Below are positions 14,427 through 29,190 of a stretch of DNA of 64,000 bases, piece after piece (within the stretch, counting starts at the first letter, position 1; each line of letters begins with the position of its first letter). Under the pieces are notes generated by a model. It was given only the letters and a program-made list of their open reading frames with translations, searched no databases and was not told the origin of the DNA. This DNA is from Paraspadella gotoi (Eukaryota > Animalia > Chaetognatha). Both the position numbers and the translations under genes were made by a program. Where the stretch lies: positions 23,752,146 through 23,816,145 of the forward strand of contig CM119266.1 of NCBI GenBank assembly GCA_051294375.1, written 5' to 3'.

Positions 14427-14794
14427 GTGACGACGACACTTTTAAAAACAAAATCCCTGGGCACGAAAGGATCTACTTCTAATTAGACACAATTTGAGCC
14501 TATTTAAAAGAGACTGTATACTTTCTATGTTGGCTGCTGAGCGAAACATTTAAAAAGTTGGATATTTCAAGACGGACTTTTATTCTTGAAATACATGTGG
14601 CCATAAATATGCAAGAAAACAAAAACAATGATTGATTATATCAATGATGTACCACATTTTCAACGACGCCGCAGGAAAGAATTTTGTTTACAATAAAAAA
14701 CATAAAAACGAAATGAATTTTTTTTTCATTTTTTTTTCTTTGGGGCCAAGAGAAAAAAAACATAGAGAGCTGTAGAGAAGAGGAGAGAGAGAGA

Positions 14795-14850
<56 letters not shown>

Positions 14851-17078
14851 GCAGAGAGAGAGAGAGAGGAGAGAGAGAGAAACAAAAAAGAAAAAAAACC
14901 AAATCGGCACGCAGATTGTAAATGACTATGATTCTTTTCCTGGGTAAAACATTACAATTGAAAAGAAAAAAAGATCCATTCGAAAAAGTGTAAAGGGGGG
15001 GGGCGGAGGCCAAGAAGGAAACTTTCCCGAAAAGTAATTGGAAAAGAAGATGAAAAAAATGAAATTTGGTCTTATGAAGATTCTTTTTAAAAAGAAACTA
15101 ACGGTTGCATTTTCTATTTGATCCGGTCAAATTCCTTTCTCTTTTTCTACCCTCGTCCGATCCATGATAATATATCATGAAATCGGTCAATGGTAATCAA
15201 CCCGTATTTACACATACTGATAGCTCCTCACCATATTAACGCTACAACCGATTTATTCTTTTTTATTGAATAGGATGGCACAAGTCAGCAATCGAGTTTG
15301 TAAAATACCTCTATTGTTTTCAAAGGGGCGAAAGGCTTTTTTTTTCGTAATAAACGCAAAAACTAAATTGTGATTCGCAAAAAAAAAAACAACAACAACA
15401 AAAAAAGAAAGAGAGAGAGAGAGAGAAATAGACTAATGACTACAAAAATGATCTCATACCCCACGGGTAAAGATAATCACAGTTTTGAAAAAAACTATCG
15501 GAGAGAAAATCAGGGCATCGTAGCAACAACTAAAGAAAAAAAAAATTAAAGGGAGACCTCGAAACTTAAAATTTTGATACGTAATAAATGTGTGATTTTA
15601 ATCGAAATTAAACGGCGCCTCGTGAAACGGGTTCACCGTCGTAGACATAATGTAATTCGTTCAAATTTACATTCGTTCGTTGGAAAACGTAAATATACAT
15701 TGATCGCAACCAGTTTAACGAGACTTAAAGGTTTGACATTGCTGAAAGGTTGACCCTGATGACAGCTAAGATATTGTTAAGTACCTCGATCAAATAAGAC
15801 CACTAGAGTTGTGTAATGGTATAGTAGATGTTATACAAGTATTATTTGAATAACAAGATAAAGAGACCTTCTTTCGAACAACGTTAAAAATCAATTTTTT
15901 TAATCAGCTACCATGACTAGAGTTGTTTTATTTTGCGTTTATTTTCTCGTGGTTTTTTTGAGAAAGAGTCCTAGAGGGAAAAAAAAAGTTTTTTGAGAAA
16001 AACTTCAAACGCGTACTTATCAACTTACAGGTGACAAATTTAAGGGCCTATTATCCCCCCGGCCCGTTACTATTTATACAATTTTAGCCCAAATAACATT
16101 TTAATTTTAAACGTTGGTCTCCGTCAATAGAGTACTGTTTAAATTGTCAAAAGTTACAATTAGACTAAAAATCTGGTGTGAAATTATTTTTTTTTACAGC
16201 TTCACGGATGAAATGAAGAAAGATTTCGATACAAGCAATGGATTGAACATGGATGCTTACAAACAAAGACAGCGGCAAAAAGGGAAAAAAAAAGAAGAGA
16301 GAGGGAGATATGCAATATTTTACCAACAACAAATAATAGACTATGACCTCTTTTTTTTATCATTCGTTTAAACTGTAATATATCGTATCAAATAAGTCTG
16401 ATATCAAATTCTGATATCACATTTCGTTGCACAGGGAGATGATATGAATGTGTAGTCCGTATTTCCTTTCCTGCTTCGCGCAATCACTCAATGCGACATT
16501 TAAAGTAACATTATTTTTTCACTCTGATTTAAAAAAAAAAAAAAAATTCACCGCGAAGCAGAAAGATGTACGGAACGTTCACACCGTTTTCATTTTGTTT
16601 TTACTATGGCACTACCTGTAGCAAGAAAAAAAACCGACGGCGCTAGAACGCAAACCAAACGCTATGCAGCGCCATCGGCGGACAGAGAGAAGAAAAAAAC
16701 TAGGCGCTAGAGGTAGCATCATGTGACTCTCCCAAATACCACGTGAAGGGGTAAGGAAGAAATTTGTTTGTTTGTTTGTTTTTTTTTTATACCTCGAACT
16801 TTTGCGAAGGGGAATTGATTAGACGATTGCGCAAGACTTTTGTTTCGTAATTTATTTGTTTAAAGAGAGTGAGAGTGAGAGAGGAGGAGAGGGATGGTCG
16901 GTGGGAGAGATAAAGAGAGAAAAAAAAGAGATAGAGAGAAGAAATAAAAGAATGAGGACCCAAAAAAAAATAAATAAATGCGTAAAAAATAAAAATAAAT
17001 AAGCACATGCGTCGTTCCTTTGCTCCGAGCGTCTTCGCGAGAGCGTGAGTTTTCAGCCCGGACCGGAAGTAGGCGCGG

Positions 17079-17150
<72 letters not shown>

Positions 17151-17426
17151 AAAAGAGAAAATTGCACTGCGATTTGTTAAAATGATTGTGGCAAAGAAGA
17201 TAAGAGAAAGTAAATAGTAAAAAAAAAGTAATAGAAAAATAGAGAAAGAAGATTATGGGGACGAGGGAATGAGAAAATGGGGATGAGAATGAAAGAGACA
17301 GAGAGATTGAGAGATTAGAGAGCGAAGATGGCCGAGATTTTTTGGGGGGAGGGCGATGCGGGAGAGAGGGGGGGGTCGTTACGGAGCGCGAGAGCTAGAG
17401 GGCGCGAGCACACACGCAAACGGGCG

Positions 17427-17798
<372 letters not shown>

Positions 17799-18347
17799 CT
17801 ATTCAATCCTATTCACTCTTTATCATTAAAAAAAAATCTAACATTGGCTCGACGAGACAGGATAGCGTCTGGATAATTTATGTTATGTAAAATTATGTTG
17901 ATAGACATTTTAAAAGTAAGCTAAAGATGATAAGCAGTATCTGAGATCGATGCAATGCCCCAACTTTCGGTCTACATTTAGCGCTGATGCCACTATTATA
18001 TTTTTCGCTCAAATCAAGCACCCGCTCCCGAAATACCCTACATCGAAAGAAGGAACGAATTCTAAATCCAGATCCTCGCGACAGACGCGACGGAAAAGGA
18101 AATCTCCCCCCCCCCCTTCCGCCCCCCGTATCCTTTTCTCCTCCTCCTTTTCCGCCGATTTCGGGGTCGGGAAATTCGGGTCGCTGCCAAAGGATTTGGT
18201 GGCCCGTGATTTTTCTATGGGCTTCCGCGAGATTCTATGTGATTCTATGGGGCCGCCTTTCGGGGCCCCATGGGGACGCGAAGTTACGCGCGTTCAACCG
18301 CGTGATCGTCCGCGTCGGGTGCTGAGAGGGGGGCGAAGGGAGGTGGA

Positions 18348-18454
<107 letters not shown>

Positions 18455-19257
18455 AGGATAGGCTTGAGTGTCTTAGTAAGATTGCACCAATTTTTTTCTC
18501 AGCCATTATACGATACCTCGATAAAACCGTATCACAAACTTTGTATCGACTTGAGCAATTTGTTGTTTATCTATCCTTCATATTTTGTATTTTTAACCTC
18601 ATACAAAAACCTGGTTGTCTCTTTCCATCAAATCAAATCCCCTCTCTCTTTTTAGACGTTTTATGCGCCTATGATGGTCTTCTGTTTTTGCCGAGCGGAA
18701 GTCTCCCTCTCCCTCTGTCTCTCTCTCTCTCTCGTCTGTGTTGTGGGATATTTTGGGAGCGCCTCTGGGCGGCTTTGGCGGCGCCACGGGTCCCAGGAGC
18801 GCCGTTCGAAAAAGATTACAAAGGAGTTCAAAGGCGCTCCTTCAGAGGGCGGAGCGGGCGGCGACGGAGGGCGGGGGACGGGCGGCCGAACAACGCTGTC
18901 GCCCGCGCGCAGTCTTTTTGACGGGCGCGGGATGAGGGGGCGGAACGGGAGAGAAACACAAAACGAAACAGAAAACAAAAGAATGGATGGAGAGAAAAGG
19001 AGAGGATATGTCAGGAAAGAACTTTCATTTTAATATTAATAAGTTCAAATTTAAAACAAATATTGCCAGTTTAAATGTCAAAATTTTGAAAATTTTGAAA
19101 ATTTTAAAGAAGAAATTAATTTGATAGGGTAAAATAAAAAACTCTATTTTATTAGTTGTTGAATTTTAAATTTTTCGAATTTAGTCGTCCTAAAAAAATT
19201 CTCAAAAATTATTTTTTCATTCATACTGTCAATTGTTCTCTCTCTCTCGAGCCCCCC

Positions 19258-19392
<135 letters not shown>

Positions 19393-20634
19393 GATATAGA
19401 CAATCATCAAACTGCAGCGTTGAAAAGGGGCGCAGTCGTTTTCCTCTTCCCTCTTCCTCCTCCCCTTGGCTAAGCTGGTGCAGTTTCCTCCTCATCCGCC
19501 GATTCCCCCCTCCGCCTCGTTTCTTTTTCCCGCCCGTTCTCTCTCTCTCTCTCGCTCTCGCTCTCTCGCTCTTTCCGCACCGGGCATAAATAACGGGGTT
19601 TACGATCGCACTTGATGTTTAACTGGGCTTTTATCGCCGGTTATTGTACCATTTCCCCACTACTTACAGCAACGTTACTGCGGGAAAAACAAAATCAGCT
19701 GTTTCTTGCCCCGTCTACGGTCCGGACGGACCCGCGATTTGTTTCCAAAGATTGAGAGAGAGAGAAAGAGGGAGAACAAAAAAAAAAGGAGAGAAAAGTG
19801 GAGAAATATAAAAGGAGAGATATTAAAAATATTACTAACTTCTATCAAAACAAAGAAATAAAAGAGAATGTGAATAGTCAAATCTCGCCAATTGTTTTCA
19901 TTTTTACGTAATTTCCGACGCAATATGTAAAAGATTAGTGAAACCAAAAACCAGGAGACAATAATACGTCCAGATAAATATTGCGGCATGTTTTTTTTTT
20001 TTTACAATTACTTAAGCAGTTGCACTTTTAAGGGAGCGACTCCGCAGCAAAAAAATTAATTTATATATACAGCACGGTAAAGAGCCAATGTAATTCAGAT
20101 GCAATGAATGCAATAAACAACAGAATCGCGACCATCTATTCTCCTCAAAGCCTTCGGTCTTCATCGACACACAGTGGCATTCCAGTTCTTCGCGACGCCC
20201 GATAGAGGTCACTCGAGTTCCGAGCGCCGACGACGAGATGGGGTCGAACTCCGGAACCGGAAACGCGAGCGGAAAAAGAATAAATTCTTGGCCGGTGAGA
20301 AGAAGAGCGGAAAAGAGAATGGAAGAGAAGTGAAATTAAAGAGTGGAAGCGGTGAGAAAGGAAGACTAAGCGAATTTAGCGATTGTGTTGAGATAAGGGG
20401 AGTGAGAGTAGTGAGAGGATGGAGTAAAAGTGGCCAGAAAAGTGGAGATAAAACTGTGAAAAAAGAAAAGTGGGAAACGAAAACTGCGATTCGTGAGACA
20501 CGTTTTACCACCACCACCAAATCACGATAGAGGTTATAACAACTTTTGCGAAATATGAAACATACACGATCACCAGGGCATTGCGAATTTGGCTAGGAAA
20601 CTGAGCCAGGAGTGCTGGGTCGGTGATGACAAAA

Positions 20635-20677
<43 letters not shown>

Positions 20678-22777
20678 AAGGGGAGAAGAACAGATGCTCA
20701 TCGATTTTCTTTATGGAGTGAGATGGAAGCGCAGCGTCTTAATGTGATTCACGGCCGACGAGAACATAACCGGATTTCGATATCCATCGGGATATCGACT
20801 CTCTTCTCTTTGCAAAAGGATAGACTCTTTCTTTCTTTTCTTTTTCTCTTTCTTTCTTCTTTTTTCTGTCTTCCTCGCTTTTTTGTCTCTTTTTTATATT
20901 TTATTCTTTCGCCGTTTTATTTGTCTGTTCATACTTCCTTCTTTTTTTTTGGCTTCCTATTTTTTTCTTTTTTTGTTAAAAAAAGCCTATAATACTAATG
21001 TTTATTAATACCCAACACTTGAAGTAAAGTCGATCGGAGAGACACAAAAATTAATACACGCAAATTTTATTATTTTGCCGTCACTTTGATTACTAATAGA
21101 TTAGATCTTTTGGGATTCCTGCAGCTGTTGCATCTCGTGAGGTCCAAATATTTTTATAGTGAAAATAATTTTCTGATATATTTAGACAAATACATGAATT
21201 TTCCATCTCTCTCTCTCTCTCTCTCTCTCTCGAAGATACTCGACACCTGAATTTATGATACGTAATAAATGTGTGATTTAATCGAAATTAAACGGCGCCT
21301 CGTGAAAAACGGGTTCACCGTCGTAGACATAATGTAGGATTCGTTCAAAATTTACATTCGCTCGTTGGGAAGACGTAAATATGCATTGATTCGCAACCAG
21401 TTTAACGAGACTTAAAGGTTTGACATTGCTGAAAGTTGACCTGATGACAGCTAAGATATTGTTAAGTACCTCGATCAAATAAGACCACTAGAGTTGTGTA
21501 AATGGTATAGTAGATGTTATACAAGTATTATTTGAATAAACAAGATAAAGAGACCTTCTTTGAACAACGTTAAAAATCAATTTTTTTAATCAGCTACCTT
21601 GACTAGAGTTGTTTTATTTTGCGTTTATTTTCTCGTGGTTTCTTTTGAGAAAGAGTCCTAGAGGGAAAAAAAAAAGTTTTTTGAGAAAATTCAAACGCGT
21701 ACTTATCAACTTACAGGTGACAAATTTAAGGCCTATTACCCCCCGGCCCGTTACTATTTATCAATTTTAGCCCAAATAACATTTTAATTTTAAACGTTGG
21801 TTCCGTCAATAGAGTACTGTTTAAATGTCAAAAGTACAATTAACTAAAAATCTGGTGTGAAATTATTTTTTTTTACAGCTTACGGATGAAATGAAGAAAG
21901 ATTTCGATACAAGCAATGGATTGATCATGGATGCTTACAAAACAAAGACAGCGTCAAAAAGGGAAAAAAAAGAAGAGAGAGGGAGATATGCAATATTTTA
22001 CCAACAACAAATAATAGACTATGACCTCTTTTTTTTTATCATTCGTTTAAACTGTAATATATCGTATCAAATAAGTCTGATATCAAATTCTGATATCACA
22101 TTTTCGTTGCACAGGGAGATGATATGAATGTGTATCCGTATTTCCTTTCCTCTTCGCGCAATCACTCAATGCGACATTTAAGTAACATTATTTTTTCACT
22201 CTGATTTAAAAAAAAAAAAAAATTCACCGCGAAGCAGAAAGATGTACGGAACGTTCACAGACAGCGCGTTTTCATTTTGTTTTTTACTATGGCACTACTG
22301 TAGCAAAAAAAAAAAACCGACGGCGCTAGAACGCAACCAAACGCTATGCAGCGCCATCGGCGGACAGAGAGAAGAAAAAAACTAGCGCTAGAGGTAAGCA
22401 TCATGTGACTCTCCCAAATACCACGTGAAGGGGTAAGGAAAAATTTGTTTGTTTGTTTTGTTTTTTTTTATACCTCGAACTTTTGCGAAGGGGAATTGAT
22501 TAGACGATTGCGCAAGACTTTTGTTTCGTAATTTATTTGTTTAAAGAGAGTGAGAGTGAGAGAGGAGGAAGGATGGTCGGTGGAGAGATAAAGAGAGAAA
22601 AAAAAGAGATAGAGAGAAGAAATAAAAGAATGAGGACCCAAAAAAAAAAATAAATAAATGCGTAAAAATAAAAATAAATAAGCACATGCGTCGTTCCTTT
22701 GCTCCGAGCGTCTTCGCGAGAGCGTGAGTTTTCAGCCCGGACCGGAAGTAGGCGCGGCCAGAGAGAGAGAGAGAGAG

Positions 22778-22850
<73 letters not shown>

Positions 22851-23127
22851 TAGAAAAAGAGAAAATTGCACTGCGATTTGTTAAAATGATGTGGGCAAAG
22901 AAGATAAGAGAAAGGTAAATAGTAAAAAAAAAGTAATAGAAAAATAGAGAAAGAAGATTATGGGGACGAGGGAATGAGAAAAATGGGGATGAGAATGAAA
23001 GAGACAGAGAGATTGAGAGATTAGAGAGCGAAGATGGCCGAGATTTTTTGGGGGGAGGGCGATGCGGGAGAGAGGGGGGGTCTTACGGAGCGCGGAGCTA
23101 GAGGCGCGAGCACACACGCAACGGGCG

Positions 23128-23443
23128 TCAACCTCGCAGCAGACGCCGTCGGCAGACCCCGGCGAACTGTCGAGTTTTGTGCATGGCGTCCTTCCGCCGC
23201 CGCCGCCGCCCGTGCCGCCGCCCCCGTCAACCTTGAGTCCTCGATCTTCTGCTTTTCTTCTCTCCTTCATCCTGCGGTTCTGGAACCAGATCTTGATCTG
23301 TCTTCGGTGAGGCAGAGGGCGTGCGCACATCTCGATGCGCCGCGCCGCGTCAGGTACGGTTGAAGTGGAATTCCTTCTCCAATTCCAGCGTCTGATAGCG
23401 CGTGTAGGTCTGGCGCCCGCGTTTTCGCGGCGGAGTTCAACGC
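23128..23443 (-). pseudogene. Frameshifted duplicate of the Hox homeobox exon (probably an assembly artefact)
   Basis: Nearly identical to 17427-17746 but with many 1-bp indels; [13 protein letters not shown] survives in one frame. It lies inside the duplicated block 21240-27475. Confidence 0.7.
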
Positions 23444-24041
23444 CTGCGAAGAGAGAGGGGGAGCGGAAGAAAAAGGTGATTAAATGTCATTTTCTATTCA
23501 ATCCTATTCACTCTTTATCATTAAAAAAAAATCTAACATTGGCTCGACGAGACAGGATAGCGTCTGGATAATTTATGTTATGTAAAATTATGTTGAGAGA
23601 CATTTTAAAAGTAAGCTAAGAGATGATAAGCAGTATCTGAGATCGATGCAAATGCCCCAACTTTCGGTCTACATTTAGCGCTGATGCAACTATATTATAT
23701 TTTTCGCTCAAATCAAGCACCCCGCTCCCGAAATACCCTACATCGAAAGAAGGAACGAATTCTAAATCCAGATCCTCGCGACAGACGCGACGGAAAAGGA
23801 AATCTCCCCCCCCTTCCGCCCCCCGTATCCTTTTCTCTCCCTCTTTTCCGCCGATTTCGGGGTCGGCAAATTCGGGTCGCTGCCAAAGGATTTGGTGGCC
23901 CGTGATTTTTCTATGGGCTCCGCGAGATTCTATGTGATTCTATGGGGCCGCTTTCGGGGCCCCATGGGGACGCGAAGTTACGCGCGTTCAAACCGCGTGA
24001 TCGTCCGCGTCGGGTGCTGAGAGGGGGCGAAGGGAGGTGGA

Positions 24042-24108
<67 letters not shown>

Positions 24109-24908
24109 AGGCCTGAGTGTCTAGTAAGATTGCACACAATTTTTTTCTCAGCCATTATACGATACCTCGATAAAACCGTATCACAAACTTTGTATCGACT
24201 TGAGCAATTTGTTGTTTATCTATCCTTCATATTTTGTATTTTTAACCTCAATACAAAAACCTGGTTGTCTCTTCCATCAAATCAAATCCCTCTCTCTTTT
24301 TAGACGTTTTATGCGCCTATGATGGTCTTCTGTTTTTGCCGAGCGGAAGTCTCCCTCTCCCTCTGTCTCTCTCTTCTCTCTCGTCTGTGTTGTGGGATAT
24401 TTTGGGAGCGCCTCTGGCGGCTTTGGCGGCGCCACGGGTCCCAGGAGCGCCGTTCGAAAAAGATTACAAAGGAGTTCAAAGGCGCTCCTTCAGAGGGCGG
24501 AGCGGGCGGCGACGGAGGGCGGGGACGGGCGGCCGAACAACGCTGTCGCCCGCGCGCAGTCTGTTTTGACAGGCGCGGATGGGAGGGGGCGGAACGGGAG
24601 AGAAACACAAAACGAAACAGACAAACAAGAATGGATGGAGAAGAAAGGAGAGGAGATAGTCAGGAAAGAACTTTCATTTTAATATTAATAAGTTCAAATT
24701 TAAAACAAATATTGCCAGTTTAAATGTCAAAATTTTGAAAATTTTGAAAATTTTAAAGAAGAAATTAAATTTGATAGGTAAAATAAAAAACTCTATTTAT
24801 TAGTTGTTGAATTTTAAATTTTTCTGAATTTAGTCGTCCTTAAAAAAATTCTCAAAAATTATTTTTTCATTCATACTGTCAATTGTTCTCTCTCTCCTCG
24901 AGCCCCCA

Positions 24909-24965
<57 letters not shown>

Positions 24966-27544
24966 CTCCTCTCTCTCTCTTCTCCATTTTTTTCGGGGTT
25001 TGGGCTGCCTCAGCATAGCCCTTTGATCTCCTTTCTTCTTTTTGAACTGAATCCCTATGCATTCCCCTTTTGGACGAACAGAGACCGAAAATTTCGAAGC
25101 TTTCAAGGCGAAAGAATTTTTTTTTCTAGCGCCGTGACTCTCTCTCTCTCTCATCTCTCTCTCTCATCTCTCTGTCTCTCTCTCTCTCTCTCTATGCTCT
25201 TCCTCTCTTCCGGTCTCTCTCCTCTCTCGTTCGGTACTTCTCTCTCTCTCGTCTTCTGGCTCTCTGCTCCTGCTCTCTCGCCCCTCCTCTCTCTCCTCTC
25301 TCTCTCTCATTTCACAACTTTTTCTTTTTTTGTGTTCTTTTATATTCAAGACTCCTTTATTTTCACAAGTTCAGTATATACAGTATAAGTAATTACCCTT
25401 AGGGACTTTTTTGAAACAGCGGTTCTTTTCTCACGCAGGCCTCTTTTCACGCACACGAGGCAAAAAGCTAAAGAACCACGCCGAAATTTCGTTTCACAGA
25501 AGAATAACATTTTGACATTTGGGATAAACAGACTGTTAGAAACAGTCTCTCTCTCTCTCTCTCTCTGCTCCTCTCTCTCTCTCTTCTCTCTCTCTCTCTG
25601 CTCTCTCTCTCTCTCTCTCTCTCACTCCGATATAGACAATCATCAAACTGCGAGCGTTTGAAAGAAGGGCGCAGAGTCGTTTTCCTCTTCCCTCTTCCTC
25701 CTCCCCGTTGGCTAAGCTGGTAGCAGTTTCCTCGCTCATCCGTCCGATTCCCCCCTCTCGGCCTCGTTTTCTTTTTCCGCGCCCTTTCTCTCTCTCTCTC
25801 TCGCTCTCGCTCTCCTCGCTCTTCCGCACGGGCATAAATAACGGGGTTTACGATCGCAGCATTGAAAGTTTAACTGGGCTTTTATCGCCGGTTATTAGTA
25901 CCATTTCCCCACTACTTACAGCAACGTTACTGCGGGAAAAAACAAAATCAGCTGTTTCTTGCCCCGTCTACGGTCCGGACGGACCCGCAGATTTGTTTCC
26001 CAAAGATTGAGAGAGAGAGAAAGAGGGAGAACAAAAAAAAAAGGAGAGAAAAGTGGAGAAATATAAAAGGAGACGATATTAAACATATTACTAACTTCTA
26101 TCAAAACAAAGAAATAAAAGAGAATGTGAATAGTCAAATCTGCGCCAAATTGTTTTCATTTTTAGGTAATTTCCGACGCAATATGTAAAAGATTAGTGTA
26201 AACGCAAAAACCAGGAACAATAATACGTCCAGATAAATATTGCGGCATTTTTTTTTTTTTTTACAATTACTTAAGCAGTTGCACTTTTAAGGGAGCGACT
26301 CCAGCAGCAAAAAAATTAATTTATATGATACAGCACGGTAAGAGCCAATGTAATTCAATGCAATGAATGCAATAAACAACAGAATCGCGACCATCTATTC
26401 TCCTCAAAGCCTTCGTCTTCATCGACACACAGTGGCATTCCAGTTCTCGCGGACCCCGATAGAGGTCACTCGAGTTCCGAGCGCCGACGACGAGATGGGG
26501 TCGACCTCCGGAACCGGAAACGCGAGCGGAAAAAGAATAAATTCTTGGCCGGTGAGAAGAAGAGCGGAAAAGAAGAATGGAAGAGAAGTGAAATTAAAGA
26601 GTGGAAGCGGTGAGAAAGGAAGACTAAGCGAACTTTAGCGATTGTGTTTGAGATAAGGGGAGTGAAGAGTAGTGAGAGGATGGAGTAAAAGTGGCCCAGA
26701 AAAGTGGAGATAAAACTGTGAAAAAAAGAAAGTGGGAACGAAAACTGCGATTCGTAAGACACGTTTTAAACCACCACCACCAAATCACGATAGAGGTTAT
26801 AACAATTTTGCGAAATATGAAACATAACGATCACCAGGGGCATTGCGAATTTGGCTAGGAAACTGACGCCAGGAGTGCTTGGGTCGTGATGACAAACAAG
26901 ACGACACGCACGACGACGAGACGACGACGACGAAAGAGGGAGAGAACGAGATGCTCATCGATTTTCTTTATGGAGTGAGATGGAAGCGCAGCGTCTTAAT
27001 GTGATTCACGGCCGACGAGAAAATACCGGATTTCGATATCCATCGGGATATCGACTCTCTTCTCTTTGCAAAAAGATAGACTCTTTCTTTCTTTTCTTTT
27101 TCTCTTTCTTTCTTCTTTTTTTGTCTTCCTCGCTTTTTTGTCTCTTTTTATTATTTTATTCTCGCCGTTTTATTTGTCTGTTCATACTTCCTTCTTTTTT
27201 TTGGCTTCCTATTTTTTCTTTTTTTGTTAAAAAAAGCCTATAATAGCTAATGTTTTATAATACCCAACACACTTGAAGTAAAGTCGATCGGAGAGACACA
27301 AAAATTAATACACGCAAATTTTATTATTTTGCCGTCACTTTGATTACTAATAAGATTAGATCTTTTGGGATTCCTGCGAGCTGTTGCATCTCGTGAGGTC
27401 CAAATATTTTTATAGTGAAAATAATTTTCTGATATATTAGAAAAATACATGAATTTTCCATCTCTCTCTCTCTCTCTCGTCTCTCTCTCTCTCTCTCTCT
27501 CTCCTCTCTTCTCTTCTCTCTTCTCTCTCTCTCTCTCTCTCTCA

Positions 27545-27741
27545 TTTGCAATCAGCGTGACATTTACACGACCAAAAAGGCGGGGAAAAAAGGCTAATAA
27601 AATGAAACAACTTTTTTTCTCTCGCGTATATCTGGATACAGGAAATGATTAATCGCCTTTGAAAAAGCTGCGATTGATAAAGCCGCATTCGGTTATTAGC
27701 AAATTTGATGCGAGAAAAAAGGAAAAAAAGTCGAAACTGGC

Positions 27742-27775
<34 letters not shown>

Positions 27776-27844
27776 AGAGAGAGAGAGAGGAGAGAGAGAG
27801 AGAGAAGAGAGTGAGAGGANNNNNNNNNNNNNNNNNNNNNNNNN

Positions 27845-27907
<63 letters not shown>

Positions 27908-28057
27908 TTGCAATCAAGCGGTGACATTTACACGACCAAAAGGCGGGCGAAAAAAGGCTAATAAAAAATGAAACAACTTTTTTTTCTCTCGCGTATATCT
28001 GGATACAGGAAATGATTAATCGCCTTTGAAAAAGCTGCGATTGATAAAGCCGCATTG
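27545..28057. repeat. Short direct repeat (about 150 bp) on either side of the 25-N gap at 27820-27844
   Basis: tttgcaatca..gataaagccgcatt occurs at about 27545-27689 and again at about 27907-28056. Confidence 0.85.
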
Positions 28058-28684
28058 GCCTCGTAGAGAGAGAAAGAGAACGAAAGAGAAAGAGAAAGAG
28101 AGAGAAAGAAAGTAGCTGATTTATGAGAAATGCGCTACAGTGGAACACGATTTCGAACGGGTTCAATTTCATATTTTTTTTCGCCTGATGAACACGAAAC
28201 TTTGATGAAAGATAGAAAAAAAACATTGTCTAACTGTTCAAATATAAAATACGAGAATGACGCCATAATAAAATATAAAAGTGACGAGGAAACTGACTAA
28301 GAGTCTCATTTTCGGCGGAGAAGCATAAAAAAAAAAACAAATTGAAAAATTATTTATGTAACTCAAAAAAAGCGTTAAAATTGATTATTTATGTTGTTCA
28401 AATATAGGTATTTACTAATTACTATCAGGGCGTTTTGAAAGTGGATTCAACTGTAATTTTAGCGATGTAATGCAATGTAGCGTCGTAACGATAACAAGTC
28501 TCAAGGTTTGCCTAACGATGTCAAGAGTGCGACGACGACGACGACGACGACGATGAAGTCAGGCTCGCAATTAGAGGCCGAGAATCGATTAGCGCCATCG
28601 CCTCGAGGCTCTGATGATGGAATTCGATATCACGTGACTTCCGGTGAGACGGATATTATGTGTCCGCGTCGGCGTTCTAGTTTC

Positions 28685-28825
<141 letters not shown>

Positions 28826-29039
28826 GCAAGATGGCGTCGTGAGGTCATGCGCCTGTGAGAAATACGATTAAAAATGGAAAAAAGCCAGAGAGAAGGAGAT
28901 GAAGGAGAGAGCGGAATAGAGAGAGAGAGAGAGAGAAATGGTTTTTGAGAAGGGAAAAAAAAACGATTCAGTATGAAAAAAGTATGAGGAAAGGAATAAA
29001 GAAAAAAAAGAGAATAGGCTGTAACGTAAAAAAATAAAA

Positions 29040-29092
29040 AAGAAAGAAAGAAAGAAAGATAGAAAGAAAGAAAGAAAGAATGAAAGAAACAT

Positions 29093-29163
<71 letters not shown>

Positions 29164-29190
29164 AAGAAAGAAAGAAGGAAAGAAAGAAAA
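29040..29190. repeat. (AAAG)n tetranucleotide microsatellite
   Basis: Long AAAG run with occasional GATA/GAAT variants. Confidence 0.9.

Noticed and set aside
23128-23443. A second, distinct Hox paralogue
   Set aside because: Nearly identical to exon 2, including the intron and 3' flanks, and frameshifted; it has no separate hexapeptide exon.
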